Assembly (NCBI GenBank): GCA_016186715.1
Contig: JACPLA010000021.1
Coordinates: 640-64,639 of the forward strand
Reading direction: 5' to 3'
DNA length: 64,000 nucleotides
Origin: Ignavibacteriales bacterium
Lineage (GTDB): Bacteria > Bacteroidota > Ignavibacteria > UBA10030
Positions 18,232 to 27,083 of this stretch are shown here, piece by piece. The notes under the pieces are model-generated. The model saw nothing but the letters and a program-made list of their open reading frames with translations. It was not told the origin of the DNA and did not search any database. The translations under genes and the position numbers were made by a program. Numbering within the stretch: the stretch's first letter is position 1; every line of letters begins with the position of its first letter.

Positions 18232-20487
18232 CTACTCGTGGTAAAATAATTGATCAAAAGCGTACCTCACGCTTAGGTACGCGCCTCTTCCTCTCGTTGT
18301 AAAACCGTTTATTTCGGAGTACTTGGTGTCAAAGACATTCTCTATTCGAGCGCTCACCGAAAGATGTTCATCAACGTGATATCGCTGCGACAGGTCCAGA
18401 AGCGCATAGTCCGCCACCGGGGTACTTGCTAGAGCGCCATAAGGGCCGAGCTTTGAACTATAAAAGATATCGCTTCGCGCACCGACATATCTCATATCAA
18501 TCCTGAGAGCAAGGCGTTCAGTTGGCATATATATCAGACTCAGGTTTGCAGTGTTAGGTCTACGAACCAATCCTAACGTTTCCACTTCTTTTGTGATGAA
18601 TGCCCCATTGCTATACACCTGGACGTGGTTTCCGTCGGTCTGTGGAGTAGCAATGCTATTAGGGTTGTACGTTAATTTCCCGCTTACCAAGCTCAAGTTG
18701 CCTGAAAAAAACAAATGATCGGTTATCATGGAAGTGATCGTAAACTCGATGCCGTTGGTCGTTTGCTTACCCACGTTCAAATATGTATCTCCCCTGAAGT
18801 CGTCCCGAACCCAACTGTTGCCCAGCGTATCTATACCGATATTCTTATCCCAGAGGTACACGTTCTCAATGGCATCCTCAACGATGGTGTTAAAGTAAGC
18901 AACAGACAGACTCATACCCTTGCCAAGTTTTTGCTTAAAGCCGATCTCGTATGAAGCTGAGTTTTCCGGTTTCAGCTTCCTATTCCCCCTTGTGATGCCG
19001 GAAATATAGTTCTTGTCGGGTGCATACAGTTGGTAAAGCGATGGAGCGTTGAAGCCGGTTGAGTAGGAGGCATACAAGAGCGCATCGCCTCCGATTCTCA
19101 GCGATGGATTGATCTCGTAAGTAATATTTACGCCATAGGCGCTGTGGTCATTCAAACGCGCACCTAGTCCGATTGAAAACGGACTGAACATTTCATCCAC
19201 CAAGCTGCCATTCACGTTAACGTGCGCGAAGATGTTTCTGGTCGATGAGTTCAAATTCAATGTATCAAGATCTGATCTCGACTCATAGACACCGAAGGCG
19301 CTTCTCGAATAGAAATACGTCTTTGAGGTCATCGTTTCCGTGTACAGACCGCCACCCAATATACCTTCGAAATTTTTCAGTTTCAGGTTTCCCTGGATCT
19401 CATTGGTCAATGTTGTTCCCTTCCAGGTGCCATCGAAATACGTGTGGTCGGTCGTTCCCATGTTGTCCACAATCGAAGAATCATCGACTGCAACCCTTTT
19501 CATATCAGAATAACCACCAAGATACTTGATGCTGAGCTTATCACTAAGTTTGTAGGAAGCACCATAGGTAAATAGGTTCCTTCTAAAATTCAGCGTGTAG
19601 TTATCGTCATCCCTATACGCACTTTTGTCGATATCGGTCCTGTGAGTGGTATTCTTGTATGAAGCATAAACGTCGAGCCGGTCGTTTCTGAAGCCAACTT
19701 TGCCGACGACGTCTCTCTTATGGAAGCCATCTTTATCCCGATTTTTGAAGATGGCCAGATTCGTCACCGTATCTACTGTGGCGTCTAACCCCCTGACATT
19801 GGAATTGTTGATCTCCGTGTTGACATAAAGACCTGCGGGATCGGTATAATTCAAAAAGAGATTTGCAGAGAACGCTGAAGTTCCTTCGCCGAAGGTTCCC
19901 GTTTTCAACTCTACATCGGTATTGAATCCTGGCTTTCTGTTCTTCTCCGTAGCAATGTTCACGGCGCCACCGATAGCTGAGGAACCATAGAGTGTGCTAT
20001 GAGAACCTCTCACAATCTCGATGCGGTCAGCGGCTGCAAACGATAGTTCAGACAAATCGAGCGCATTATTCACACCTGAGGGATCCGTGATGCGGACTTC
20101 ATCGATCATAATCGTCGTTTGATTGCTTGCCGCGCCCCGGGTAAACATGCTTTGGAGCATTCCCGGATTCTGTCCGGTACCGACGACGTACAGACCTTCC
20201 TGTTGTGAGAGTAATTCCGCAACGCTGGCATAAGTGGAATTCTTCATCTGCTCTTTCGTAAGTAGCGTAATGCTTCTTCCCACTTCCATAGGATTCCTCT
20301 CACTCCGGGTGGCGGTTACGACTATTTCCTGAAGTTGATAAACTTTAACGGTATCCGCACTGGTTGAATCGTTAACAGCCTCGTTGGCAGACATCAACAC
20401 TGAGCCGGCACGAAATTCAGATAGGCCTTGTGCTCCTGCGCGAGCGGCAAGCAACCCCATTACGGAAAGTATAGCAATGCTCTTCAT
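18232..20487 (-). CDS. TonB-dependent outer-membrane receptor
   Basis: 751 aa with a signal peptide, a plug domain (IEIVRGSHSTLYGSSAIGGAVNI), a long beta-barrel and a C-terminal aromatic residue. Confidence 0.85.
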   Translation of the reverse strand: MKSIAILSVMGLLAARAGAQGLSEFRAGSVLMSANEAVNDSTSADTVKVYQLQEIVVTATRSERNPMEVGRSITLLTKEQMKNSTYASVAELLSQQEGLYVVGTGQNPGMLQSMFTRGAASNQTTIMIDEVRITDPSGVNNALDLSELSFAAADRIEIVRGSHSTLYGSSAIGGAVNIATEKNRKPGFNTDVELKTGTFGEGTSAFSANLFLNYTDPAGLYVNTEINNSNVRGLDATVDTVTNLAIFKNRDKDGFHKRDVVGKVGFRNDRLDVYASYKNTTHRTDIDKSAYRDDDNYTLNFRRNLFTYGASYKLSDKLSIKYLGGYSDMKRVAVDDSSIVDNMGTTDHTYFDGTWKGTTLTNEIQGNLKLKNFEGILGGGLYTETMTSKTYFYSRSAFGVYESRSDLDTLNLNSSTRNIFAHVNVNGSLVDEMFSPFSIGLGARLNDHSAYGVNITYEINPSLRIGGDALLYASYSTGFNAPSLYQLYAPDKNYISGITRGNRKLKPENSASYEIGFKQKLGKGMSLSVAYFNTIVEDAIENVYLWDKNIGIDTLGNSWVRDDFRGDTYLNVGKQTTNGIEFTITSMITDHLFFSGNLSLVSGKLTYNPNSIATPQTDGNHVQVYSNGAFITKEVETLGLVRRPNTANLSLIYMPTERLALRIDMRYVGARSDIFYSSKLGPYGALASTPVADYALLDLSQRYHVDEHLSVSARIENVFDTKYSEINGFTTRGRGAYLSVRYAFDQLFYHE

Positions 20488-20514
20488 AATTACTCCTTGC
20501 TGAGTGATTCGGAA

Positions 20515-21198
20515 TTATTTATTAACAAGAGATAGTTTTTTCACTTTGAGATACATCATCGAATCCTTTGTTTCCTTTGAGAAGTCGTTGAGGACGATTG
20601 TACGTCTGAAGAGCGGAAAGTCCAGCACAGTGGTATGGTATTCGCCATTTTCGCCACAAAGATCCATTCCTGTTTCTTCGCTTATTTCGTACAACCGCTC
20701 AGCGGCTTTCGTATCAAGGTCACAGCCTGGCCAACTGTCAGTCAACAAAGGCCGTTTCACACACGAAAAAATCACTTTGAAGTTATTCGTTATCAGTTTT
20801 TCAAGAAGTTCCTTTCGATTCCGTTTCCATAGCGGCGTCACGACTTCAATCCCGACAAAGGCTGCACATTCTTTTACCCAATTTGGATGAGCACGTATCT
20901 CATCGATATCACCTGTGATAACAACTGAGACCCCACGCTGCTCTTTCAAGGACCGAAGGGCTGATTTGTATACTTCGTTGAACGGTTGGGTAATTTCGAT
21001 GGTCCGATGGAGAATCTGGAGAGCCTCTGCCTGATATTTCATTACATGCACAGGGTGAGCGAGAAATCGCGGATTTGAGGGCGCGAAGGTAATCAGCCCT
21101 TTGATCTCATAGCCGAGGCTTTGGGCTTCATACAGTGCCAGACAGGAATCTTTACCGCCGGTCCATAATACAACGGCACTGCCTAAGAGCTGATTCAC
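20515..21198 (-). CDS. DUF71/MJ0570/Dph6-like PP-loop ATP pyrophosphatase, copy 2
   Basis: PP-loop WTGGKDS and the GENGEYHTTV motif. It overlaps the upstream paralog by 4 nt. Confidence 0.75.
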   Translation of the reverse strand: MNQLLGSAVVLWTGGKDSCLALYEAQSLGYEIKGLITFAPSNPRFLAHPVHVMKYQAEALQILHRTIEITQPFNEVYKSALRSLKEQRGVSVVITGDIDEIRAHPNWVKECAAFVGIEVVTPLWKRNRKELLEKLITNNFKVIFSCVKRPLLTDSWPGCDLDTKAAERLYEISEETGMDLCGENGEYHTTVLDFPLFRRTIVLNDFSKETKDSMMYLKVKKLSLVNK

Positions 21199-21956
21199 AC
21201 GCTTCTCCCTGACTCAGCAATGGGGATTAAATCGCAATACCAAAAGCCATTGTCAAAAGGCTTAGAGCCGCTGCTATTGCAGGCATATTGAGAATTGCCG
21301 TCCTGTTGTGTTGGTAGATATTTTCGATGTACGATCTCGCCGACTTCGAATTCTATCGGCTTTTTGAAAAGAGGGCCGTCGTAGACAAATGAATGAAATT
21401 CCCCGTACTCCCCGCAGGGATCGACATTGTCAGGGAGATCCTTGATGAAAGAATCATCAATAGCACGTCCCACGAAGGACTTATCTAGGAATCTATCGTT
21501 CACACACACGGTGGTTGCCTTAAACCCCAGCTCAATGAACTCTCGCATCAACTGATGAGTTGAAATCTTCCAGAGCGGAAAGACGGCGTTCAGGTTTAGC
21601 TCGGCGAGTTTGTTTTCCCTGTACTTGCGGAGATCTTCCAGGAAAATATCGCCAAAGACACAGACTTCCGTGCCGCTATTCTTCAGCCTTACCAGCGTTT
21701 CCTTCATGATAGTTTCATACGTCTTCATATCGGGCATCTCTGGGATGAGCATTTTGACCAGGGGTATTCCAATGCTTGAAGCCTGTTCATCAAGCAGCTC
21801 AACTCTGACCCCGTGCATAGAAATCCGACGGTACTGCTCGTTAACACTGGTGAGCAACCAAGAAACAGAGTGTTCTCCAAGTGTTAAGACCTTATGTAGG
21901 CACAGAGCGGAATCCTTACCGCCGCTCCAATTGAATACTGCTTTCTGCTTTTGCAC
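21195..21956 (-). CDS. DUF71/MJ0570/Dph6-like PP-loop ATP pyrophosphatase, copy 1
   Basis: PP-loop NWSGGKDS and the GEYGEFHSFV motif. Confidence 0.75.
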   Translation of the reverse strand: MQKQKAVFNWSGGKDSALCLHKVLTLGEHSVSWLLTSVNEQYRRISMHGVRVELLDEQASSIGIPLVKMLIPEMPDMKTYETIMKETLVRLKNSGTEVCVFGDIFLEDLRKYRENKLAELNLNAVFPLWKISTHQLMREFIELGFKATTVCVNDRFLDKSFVGRAIDDSFIKDLPDNVDPCGEYGEFHSFVYDGPLFKKPIEFEVGEIVHRKYLPTQQDGNSQYACNSSGSKPFDNGFWYCDLIPIAESGRSV

Positions 21957-22035
21957 AATTCAGACCGACGTATTGTAATCGTAGCTCCCGCATTCGATGA
22001 CAGGCGAGCTTATTTTGAAGCAGTTATTTGTTCAA

Positions 22036-22956
22036 TCACATTTTCATCCATCCTGATCGACAATGCTTCGCTGGAAACAGATCAGGGTGAAATACCTCAG
22101 CAAGTATTTCCAGAGAGTCTACTAATCTTGGGCCGGGGCGATTGAAATAGTGACTCCCTTCACCGATATACACCTCATGCTCTCGCACTGCCTTGAGTGC
22201 ATTCCATCCGCGTTTCTTTTCCAAAAAGGGCATATCCTTTAATGACCGCTGAATTGAAAATCCGCAGGGTGCAATGAGGATCTTATCCGGATCCTGTAGG
22301 ATGAGGTCCTCAAAACCGATCCAGCGCTTACCGTCATCAAGAAAGACATTCGAACCGCCAGCCATCTCTATCAATGGTATCATCCAGTGTCCTGCGACCA
22401 TAATCGGTTCGATCCATTCGATATGTGCGACCCGAGGGTGATGGGAGCATTCTTTTGTCTTGGACTGCACATCTTCAAATGATGTCTTCATCTTGCTGAC
22501 TACTTCGTTGCCTTTTCGTTGAACATCGAGATGACCTGAGACAAGCACAATGTTTTCCAATACCTGTTCCAGGCTCTTTGGATTCAAGTCTATGACAGTA
22601 ATATTGTCTTGGTGAAGACATTCATTGAGTGCCTCTCTCAATTCATCTGTGCTCACAGCACAGACCGCACATTGTGACTGCGTAATAATGTGCGTCGGTT
22701 CGAGTGCCCTGATCCTTTCCACATTGACCCTGTAGATTGATAGAGCCTCCCGCAGTATTACGCTCACTTCCCTGCTGATCTCAGGACTCGTTCCGCTTGA
22801 CCGGTACTTCGGCTGGCTGCAAACAGGAAGCTGCTCAATACCAGGAGGATAATCGCATTCATGCGAACGCCCGACAAGCCGATCCTTCAAGCCGAGCGAA
22901 CAAACAATTTCTGTTGCGCTGGGTAGCAACGAGATGATGCGCTGTTGTGGCGCCAA
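22036..22956 (-). CDS. BtuF/TroA-like (class III) substrate-binding-fold protein without a signal peptide
   Basis: IISLLPSATEIVCSLGL...GRSHEC matches BtuF-type cobalamin/siderophore binding proteins. Only 15 nt separate the start from the upstream gene, which leaves no room for a leader peptide. Confidence 0.65.
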   Translation of the reverse strand: MAPQQRIISLLPSATEIVCSLGLKDRLVGRSHECDYPPGIEQLPVCSQPKYRSSGTSPEISREVSVILREALSIYRVNVERIRALEPTHIITQSQCAVCAVSTDELREALNECLHQDNITVIDLNPKSLEQVLENIVLVSGHLDVQRKGNEVVSKMKTSFEDVQSKTKECSHHPRVAHIEWIEPIMVAGHWMIPLIEMAGGSNVFLDDGKRWIGFEDLILQDPDKILIAPCGFSIQRSLKDMPFLEKKRGWNALKAVREHEVYIGEGSHYFNRPGPRLVDSLEILAEVFHPDLFPAKHCRSGWMKM

Positions 22957-22971
22957 GGCCCGTTTCCTGAC

Positions 22972-23511
22972 TTAGATCCGGGATTCCGCCAAGGCCGGAA
23001 TTTTATGTTGTGCGAACTCAAATGAGCCGAAGAGCAGGCCGGAGTAGAAAAGAGCGCTCAACACAGTATTGCTAAAGAATGGTATCGCTGCGATGTAACA
23101 TTGAGCTAGTCCTGTCATGTTCATCGGATACAAGTGTCCTCCAGCCCATACCGCGAAATTCGTTATGATAAAGAATACGATTGAACCAGCCACCGAGGCG
23201 GCAATAATGTTGACGATTTTCAGACGATGCCGTAAGAGAAATCCCATCGTTGTCATCAAAGAGAAACATCCATAAATCACCAAACGCATCGCCGTGAAAA
23301 ACTCGTAGCCCTTAAGAAAGGCCAAACCAATATCGCTTAACACCATCGCAGCAAGGGGAACAACGTAGGCTGTTCTCCTGTCGGTAAAATAAGATCCTCC
23401 GAATAAGGCAAGAGCAATCATCGGCGTAAAGTTTGGGGGGTGTGGAATGAGTCGTGAAGCTACGGCCGCCAGCACCATTGAGATTAGGACCGTAATGCGG
23501 CTCTTAAGCAT
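22972..23511 (-). CDS. small polytopic membrane protein, possibly an ECF-type S-component
   Basis: 179 aa with 5 to 6 hydrophobic helices. It has a good RBS (aaaggagtaatcttATG) and is the first gene of the minus-strand operon. Confidence 0.45.
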   Translation of the reverse strand: MLKSRITVLISMVLAAVASRLIPHPPNFTPMIALALFGGSYFTDRRTAYVVPLAAMVLSDIGLAFLKGYEFFTAMRLVIYGCFSLMTTMGFLLRHRLKIVNIIAASVAGSIVFFIITNFAVWAGGHLYPMNMTGLAQCYIAAIPFFSNTVLSALFYSGLLFGSFEFAQHKIPALAESRI

Positions 23512-23608
23512 AAGATTACTCCTTTCTTGAATGATGAAGGATTTTGTAAGTTGGGGGGACTTTAATCACTTGCCTAGAATACGTTTGTGAATTCAGTGTT
23601 TTCGGCAA

Positions 23609-23641
23609 ACAAAAAAACCCCAACCTTCGAAAAGATTGGGG
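23609..23641 (-). terminator. rho-independent terminator on the minus strand (ccccaatcttttcgaaggttgggg followed by a T7 run)
   Basis: Perfect 8-bp GC-capped stem plus a T-run when read on the minus strand. It lies upstream of the uptake-operon promoter. Confidence 0.45.
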
Positions 23642-24240
23642 TTCAAGAAGTCAAGAAAAAGAAATATTCTCACTCGGGCGAACACCTTCCCTCGAAGGTT
23701 TCAAGCTGCTACGACTTGGCAGGTCTCCTGGCTTTCTCGATCCTTGATCGTCTTCCCATCCCGACTGTTGTCGGCACAGTGACGTTCGTGATCAAAGAGG
23801 AAATCTCACATTGGGTGAGTCGAGATCACAGTTGCGGGGCAGCTTCCGAATGTATCACGGAATTCCCTTTTCATCCCGGGCATTGCTTGCCGGGACACCA
23901 AATCATTCCATGTGAAAGAACGGTAATTCTTCGTCGCACGCCTATGTACAAAGATTCTCGACAAATGTCAAGAGATTGCAAGAGGGACAACCAAGATGGT
24001 GATGAACGGTCAGCAAGACCTCTTCTCGATGAGTGGTAGGGTACAAGCAATCAAGGGTCCCTAGTCTTTCTCACTTCGTGGACGAAATCCAAAGCGGGCT
24101 TTTTCAAAAGGCTCAAGACTGCATTTTCATACGTCGCGGTCCCTTTGCAGAACTACCCGAGTTATTTCAGGGGCCTTTTGGGAAACCATGCATGATATAG
24201 CATTCTCTCTTCAGGTTCTCAGCGGCGTTAACCAACAGGG

Positions 24241-24774
24241 TTGCGTTGCCAGAGTACGGGTCGGGTCGTCCTTACGGCCAAACGGCCAAAATCATCAGAA
24301 TTCCTTAAATCGCTCATTTCTCTGGGTGATCACATCAGAGCAAGGCGGCTTGAATTGAAGTTTTTGCAGAAGGACGTGGCTCGGGTTATTGGAGTCGATG
24401 AGACGACTGTCTACAATTGGGAGCGGGGGTATACAAGTCCGACGCTTAGGTATGTGCCGAGGATTCTGGATTTCCTGGGTTATGATCCGGCTCCCGCGGA
24501 GCCGAGGACGCTGGGAGAGAAATTGCTGAAGTATCGGAAGGACCGCGGGATAACTCAGAAGGAGCTTGCCCGGCGCATTGGGATTGACCCAACGACGCTG
24601 AGCAGGTTGGAGAGGACCAGCAGCAAGCGGGTTTTCCGAAGTGTTTTGCTGAAGGTTGAGGACTCTCTTCGCAAATGCTTCTGTGCGATCCTCGAGATCA
24701 TACTGTTTGCCCATAGAGCCCCCCTTTGGGAAGCACGAAATATCAAATCCGAAATACGAAACAAAAACAGATAA
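24241..24774 (+). CDS. tandem-HTH XRE-family regulator, paralog C; its 3' end reads through into unrelated sequence
   Basis: The core [47 protein letters not shown] is identical to paralog A at protein level and almost identical at DNA level. The C-terminal approximately 40 aa are not HTH-like. Confidence 0.65.
   Translation: MRCQSTGRVVLTAKRPKSSEFLKSLISLGDHIRARRLELKFLQKDVARVIGVDETTVYNWERGYTSPTLRYVPRILDFLGYDPAPAEPRTLGEKLLKYRKDRGITQKELARRIGIDPTTLSRLERTSSKRVFRSVLLKVEDSLRKCFCAILEIILFAHRAPLWEARNIKSEIRNKNR
24655..24714 (-). pseudogene. 20-codon stub of a four-helix-bundle (23S-IVS/Avd-like) protein gene
   Basis: MGKQYDLEDRTEAFAKRVLN compares with MKYDLEERLTNFAVRII of the intact copy at 41575. Nucleotide identity is high (ta[c/t]gatctcgagga). 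Confidence 0.35.
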
Positions 24775-25072
24775 TGACAGAAATTCAAAACGCTTTATGC
24801 CCGTTTTGAACCTTTGGACATTTTGTCATTGCTCTTTGTTTGAGATTTCGTGCCTGCACGCCGAAGTGAATGTGATTTCCAAAAGAATGGCGAAATGTTT
24901 CGGCACGCAGGCGTGCTTGTGATTTCGGATTTCAACGTTAGACTGTATAGAAGTTCCTATCCAAGCTCCTGACTGGATCGCCCCGCTCAGACGCTTCTGG
25001 CCATGCAAGGGATTCCATCCCTTCCATAGCAGTTCCCCAGAGAGGGATGGAATCCTCCCTAAGCACCAAATC

Positions 25073-26890
25073 TCATGCCTGCACCGGCTCAAGGTGGGTC
25101 CGGGCGAACCTCTCGAGCTCATTCTGAAATGCCGACAACTCCTCGTGAATATCGCGACGCATTCCCTCCCACCTTTTCTCGGTTCTCGAAAACAGATCTC
25201 GGTAGTACTCAATTCCATTGCACAGGTTGTTTCGGAACTTCCTAAAGAAGTTTCGCTGTTTCTCATCCAAAGGCTTCGCCGATTCACGAAACTGATCTTT
25301 GAGATAGTTGACGTAAAGCTTGAGCTCGTTGATAAACATGTGCGGACGATCCGACCTTCGGATGATATTCGTCCGCCCATAGATGTGATCCACCATTGTC
25401 TTGAGAGAAACGATCTCGGAGAAGTATGCAATATTCGGCCCAGGACACACCAGCGCACCATCCCCGCCCTGCAACCTGCTATCCATCCCATGAACAAGGA
25501 GCGCTCCTGCCCCCAGGCCGGCACAGAGGCATGACTTTTCTACAACACGGTCGAATTGAAACTGATATTCTTCCGGTGAAAGCCCCAGTCCTTCCAACTC
25601 CGAAATCTTCAGCTTTTGATACAGTCTCGACGCGACACAAATAGGGCGTTCTGTGAATTCGGTGCTAAATTCAAGATATTCCTTGGGACAGGAGCTTCCC
25701 GGCCTCCCACTGCCCACCAGCCTTTGGCGCTCGACATCCTTTGAGCTTCCCTTGAGGGTGTAGAAGGGAACACCCAGGGGGGATATGTGGCTGAGACAAA
25801 CATCGTTCTCCGTCGCAGCACCAAGTTGTTCTCGCGTGTGCGAATCAACGTTGGTAACCTCAGGAACGAGAAGGAAGGGTGTGCCCCATCCAACCGAATC
25901 CAGCCCATAGTGATCCAAAAGGAACTGATGCTCTTCAGCAGTCCCCACTCCACCCTGTGCCGTGAGTCTAAGCTCCATGGGTTGACGCGGAACGGCGCGT
26001 CCTTGTTTCCGCAAAGCTTCAGTAAGAATTTCGTGCGCCGATGTAACGAGCAACTCCCGATTGTTCTTGAATTCCTCCAAGATCGGGCCAATCAAGTATC
26101 CGTCGGTCGCAAATGCATGCCCTCCGCAGTTCAATCCCGATTCGATCCGATACTCCGACACCCACAATCCCTTTCTGGCAAGAAATTGCCCCTGAATACG
26201 TGCTGATCGGTAATCGCTCACTTTGAGTACAAGCATCTTTTTCAACTGCCCTTGCTCGTCAGGATAAAAATCCTCGAACTGCGCAATGTAACCATACAGA
26301 CGCGGGTTCATTCCTGCCGATAACACCAGGGAGGAGCGGAGCGTGCTTCGCGCAAATCCGCGGAGTGCGGCATGGGCATCATTATACTCCACGGGCAGCG
26401 GTTGCTCTTCTCGGTACGTCTGCTTGTCGAGCTTGGTCATAATGTTGACATCTATGCTGCCGGGGTGAAAGTGGTCGTTCACCCACCTCTCAAGATCCTG
26501 TTTCATCGCATTGTTCCGGACGAACTTCGTGAATCTCTGTTTGAGTTCCGAAAGGTCTGGAAGCATCTCAATATACTTCTGCAATTCGCCGCCTTTCTCC
26601 AGGAGAGAACACTTAAGACGGTCAAACCGTTTCTTCACGATCTTATCGATCAGGTTGAGATACATCGTAATCCTGCGCGCGCGATAATCGTCCTCTTCTT
26701 CACCGATCGGATCAAATGGAATGTCGCATTCCGTGCAATAGAGCTCGCGCATTGTTTCGATGAGCATATCATCGACGATCGAGATAACGGAAGATATCCC
26801 GTAATGTGCGACCTTGGCTGGCGTGTCAATGCTAAAGCCGGTTCCCATAACGGGTATGTGAAATGTGTGCGGCGTATTCGTTCTGTTCAT
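25073..26890 (-). CDS. large uncharacterised protein (605 aa), no confident family assignment
   Basis: Long uninterrupted ORF with plausible codon usage. Motifs GLNCGGHAF and GGVGTAEE hint at a nucleotide/FMN-binding barrel, but I cannot place it. Confidence 0.55.
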   Translation of the reverse strand: MNRTNTPHTFHIPVMGTGFSIDTPAKVAHYGISSVISIVDDMLIETMRELYCTECDIPFDPIGEEEDDYRARRITMYLNLIDKIVKKRFDRLKCSLLEKGGELQKYIEMLPDLSELKQRFTKFVRNNAMKQDLERWVNDHFHPGSIDVNIMTKLDKQTYREEQPLPVEYNDAHAALRGFARSTLRSSLVLSAGMNPRLYGYIAQFEDFYPDEQGQLKKMLVLKVSDYRSARIQGQFLARKGLWVSEYRIESGLNCGGHAFATDGYLIGPILEEFKNNRELLVTSAHEILTEALRKQGRAVPRQPMELRLTAQGGVGTAEEHQFLLDHYGLDSVGWGTPFLLVPEVTNVDSHTREQLGAATENDVCLSHISPLGVPFYTLKGSSKDVERQRLVGSGRPGSSCPKEYLEFSTEFTERPICVASRLYQKLKISELEGLGLSPEEYQFQFDRVVEKSCLCAGLGAGALLVHGMDSRLQGGDGALVCPGPNIAYFSEIVSLKTMVDHIYGRTNIIRRSDRPHMFINELKLYVNYLKDQFRESAKPLDEKQRNFFRKFRNNLCNGIEYYRDLFSRTEKRWEGMRRDIHEELSAFQNELERFARTHLEPVQA

Positions 26891-27023
26891 TGGTCGGGGT
26901 TGTAAGAACTTGGTTGCTGGACAGTTGCCATGTTTTCATCACCTCTTCTGCCGTCGTAATTTCCGCGCCGTCATAGGTAAGTCACAAAACGTAGCCTATG
27001 TGCACATCATGCAAAGCAAGAAA

Positions 27024-27047
27024 TCCCACCCCCGGTTGGTGGGAGGA
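27024..27047 (-). terminator. hairpin (cctcccaccaaccgggggtggga) downstream of apaG
   Basis: Inverted repeat followed on the minus strand by a T-rich stretch. Confidence 0.4.
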
Positions 27048-27083
27048 CTCAAGCAAACAGTCGGGTCTTGAACTCCGCTTCGG

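Noticed and set aside
23587-24039. 150-aa plus-strand ORF in the spacer before HTH paralog C
   Set aside because: No recognisable domain, an odd composition, and a start that lies inside a terminator hairpin. It is kept only as a pointer that the spacer needs RNA-level data.
24295-24714. 139-aa minus-strand ORF
   Set aside because: Beyond its first 20 codons (the 4HB stub) it is simply the antisense of HTH paralog C.
24945-24968. gtatagaagttcctat resembles part of the yeast FRT site (GAAGTTCCTAT)
   Set aside because: Only an 11-nt match to one half-site. There is no spacer or second half-site and no recombinase gene. Chance similarity.
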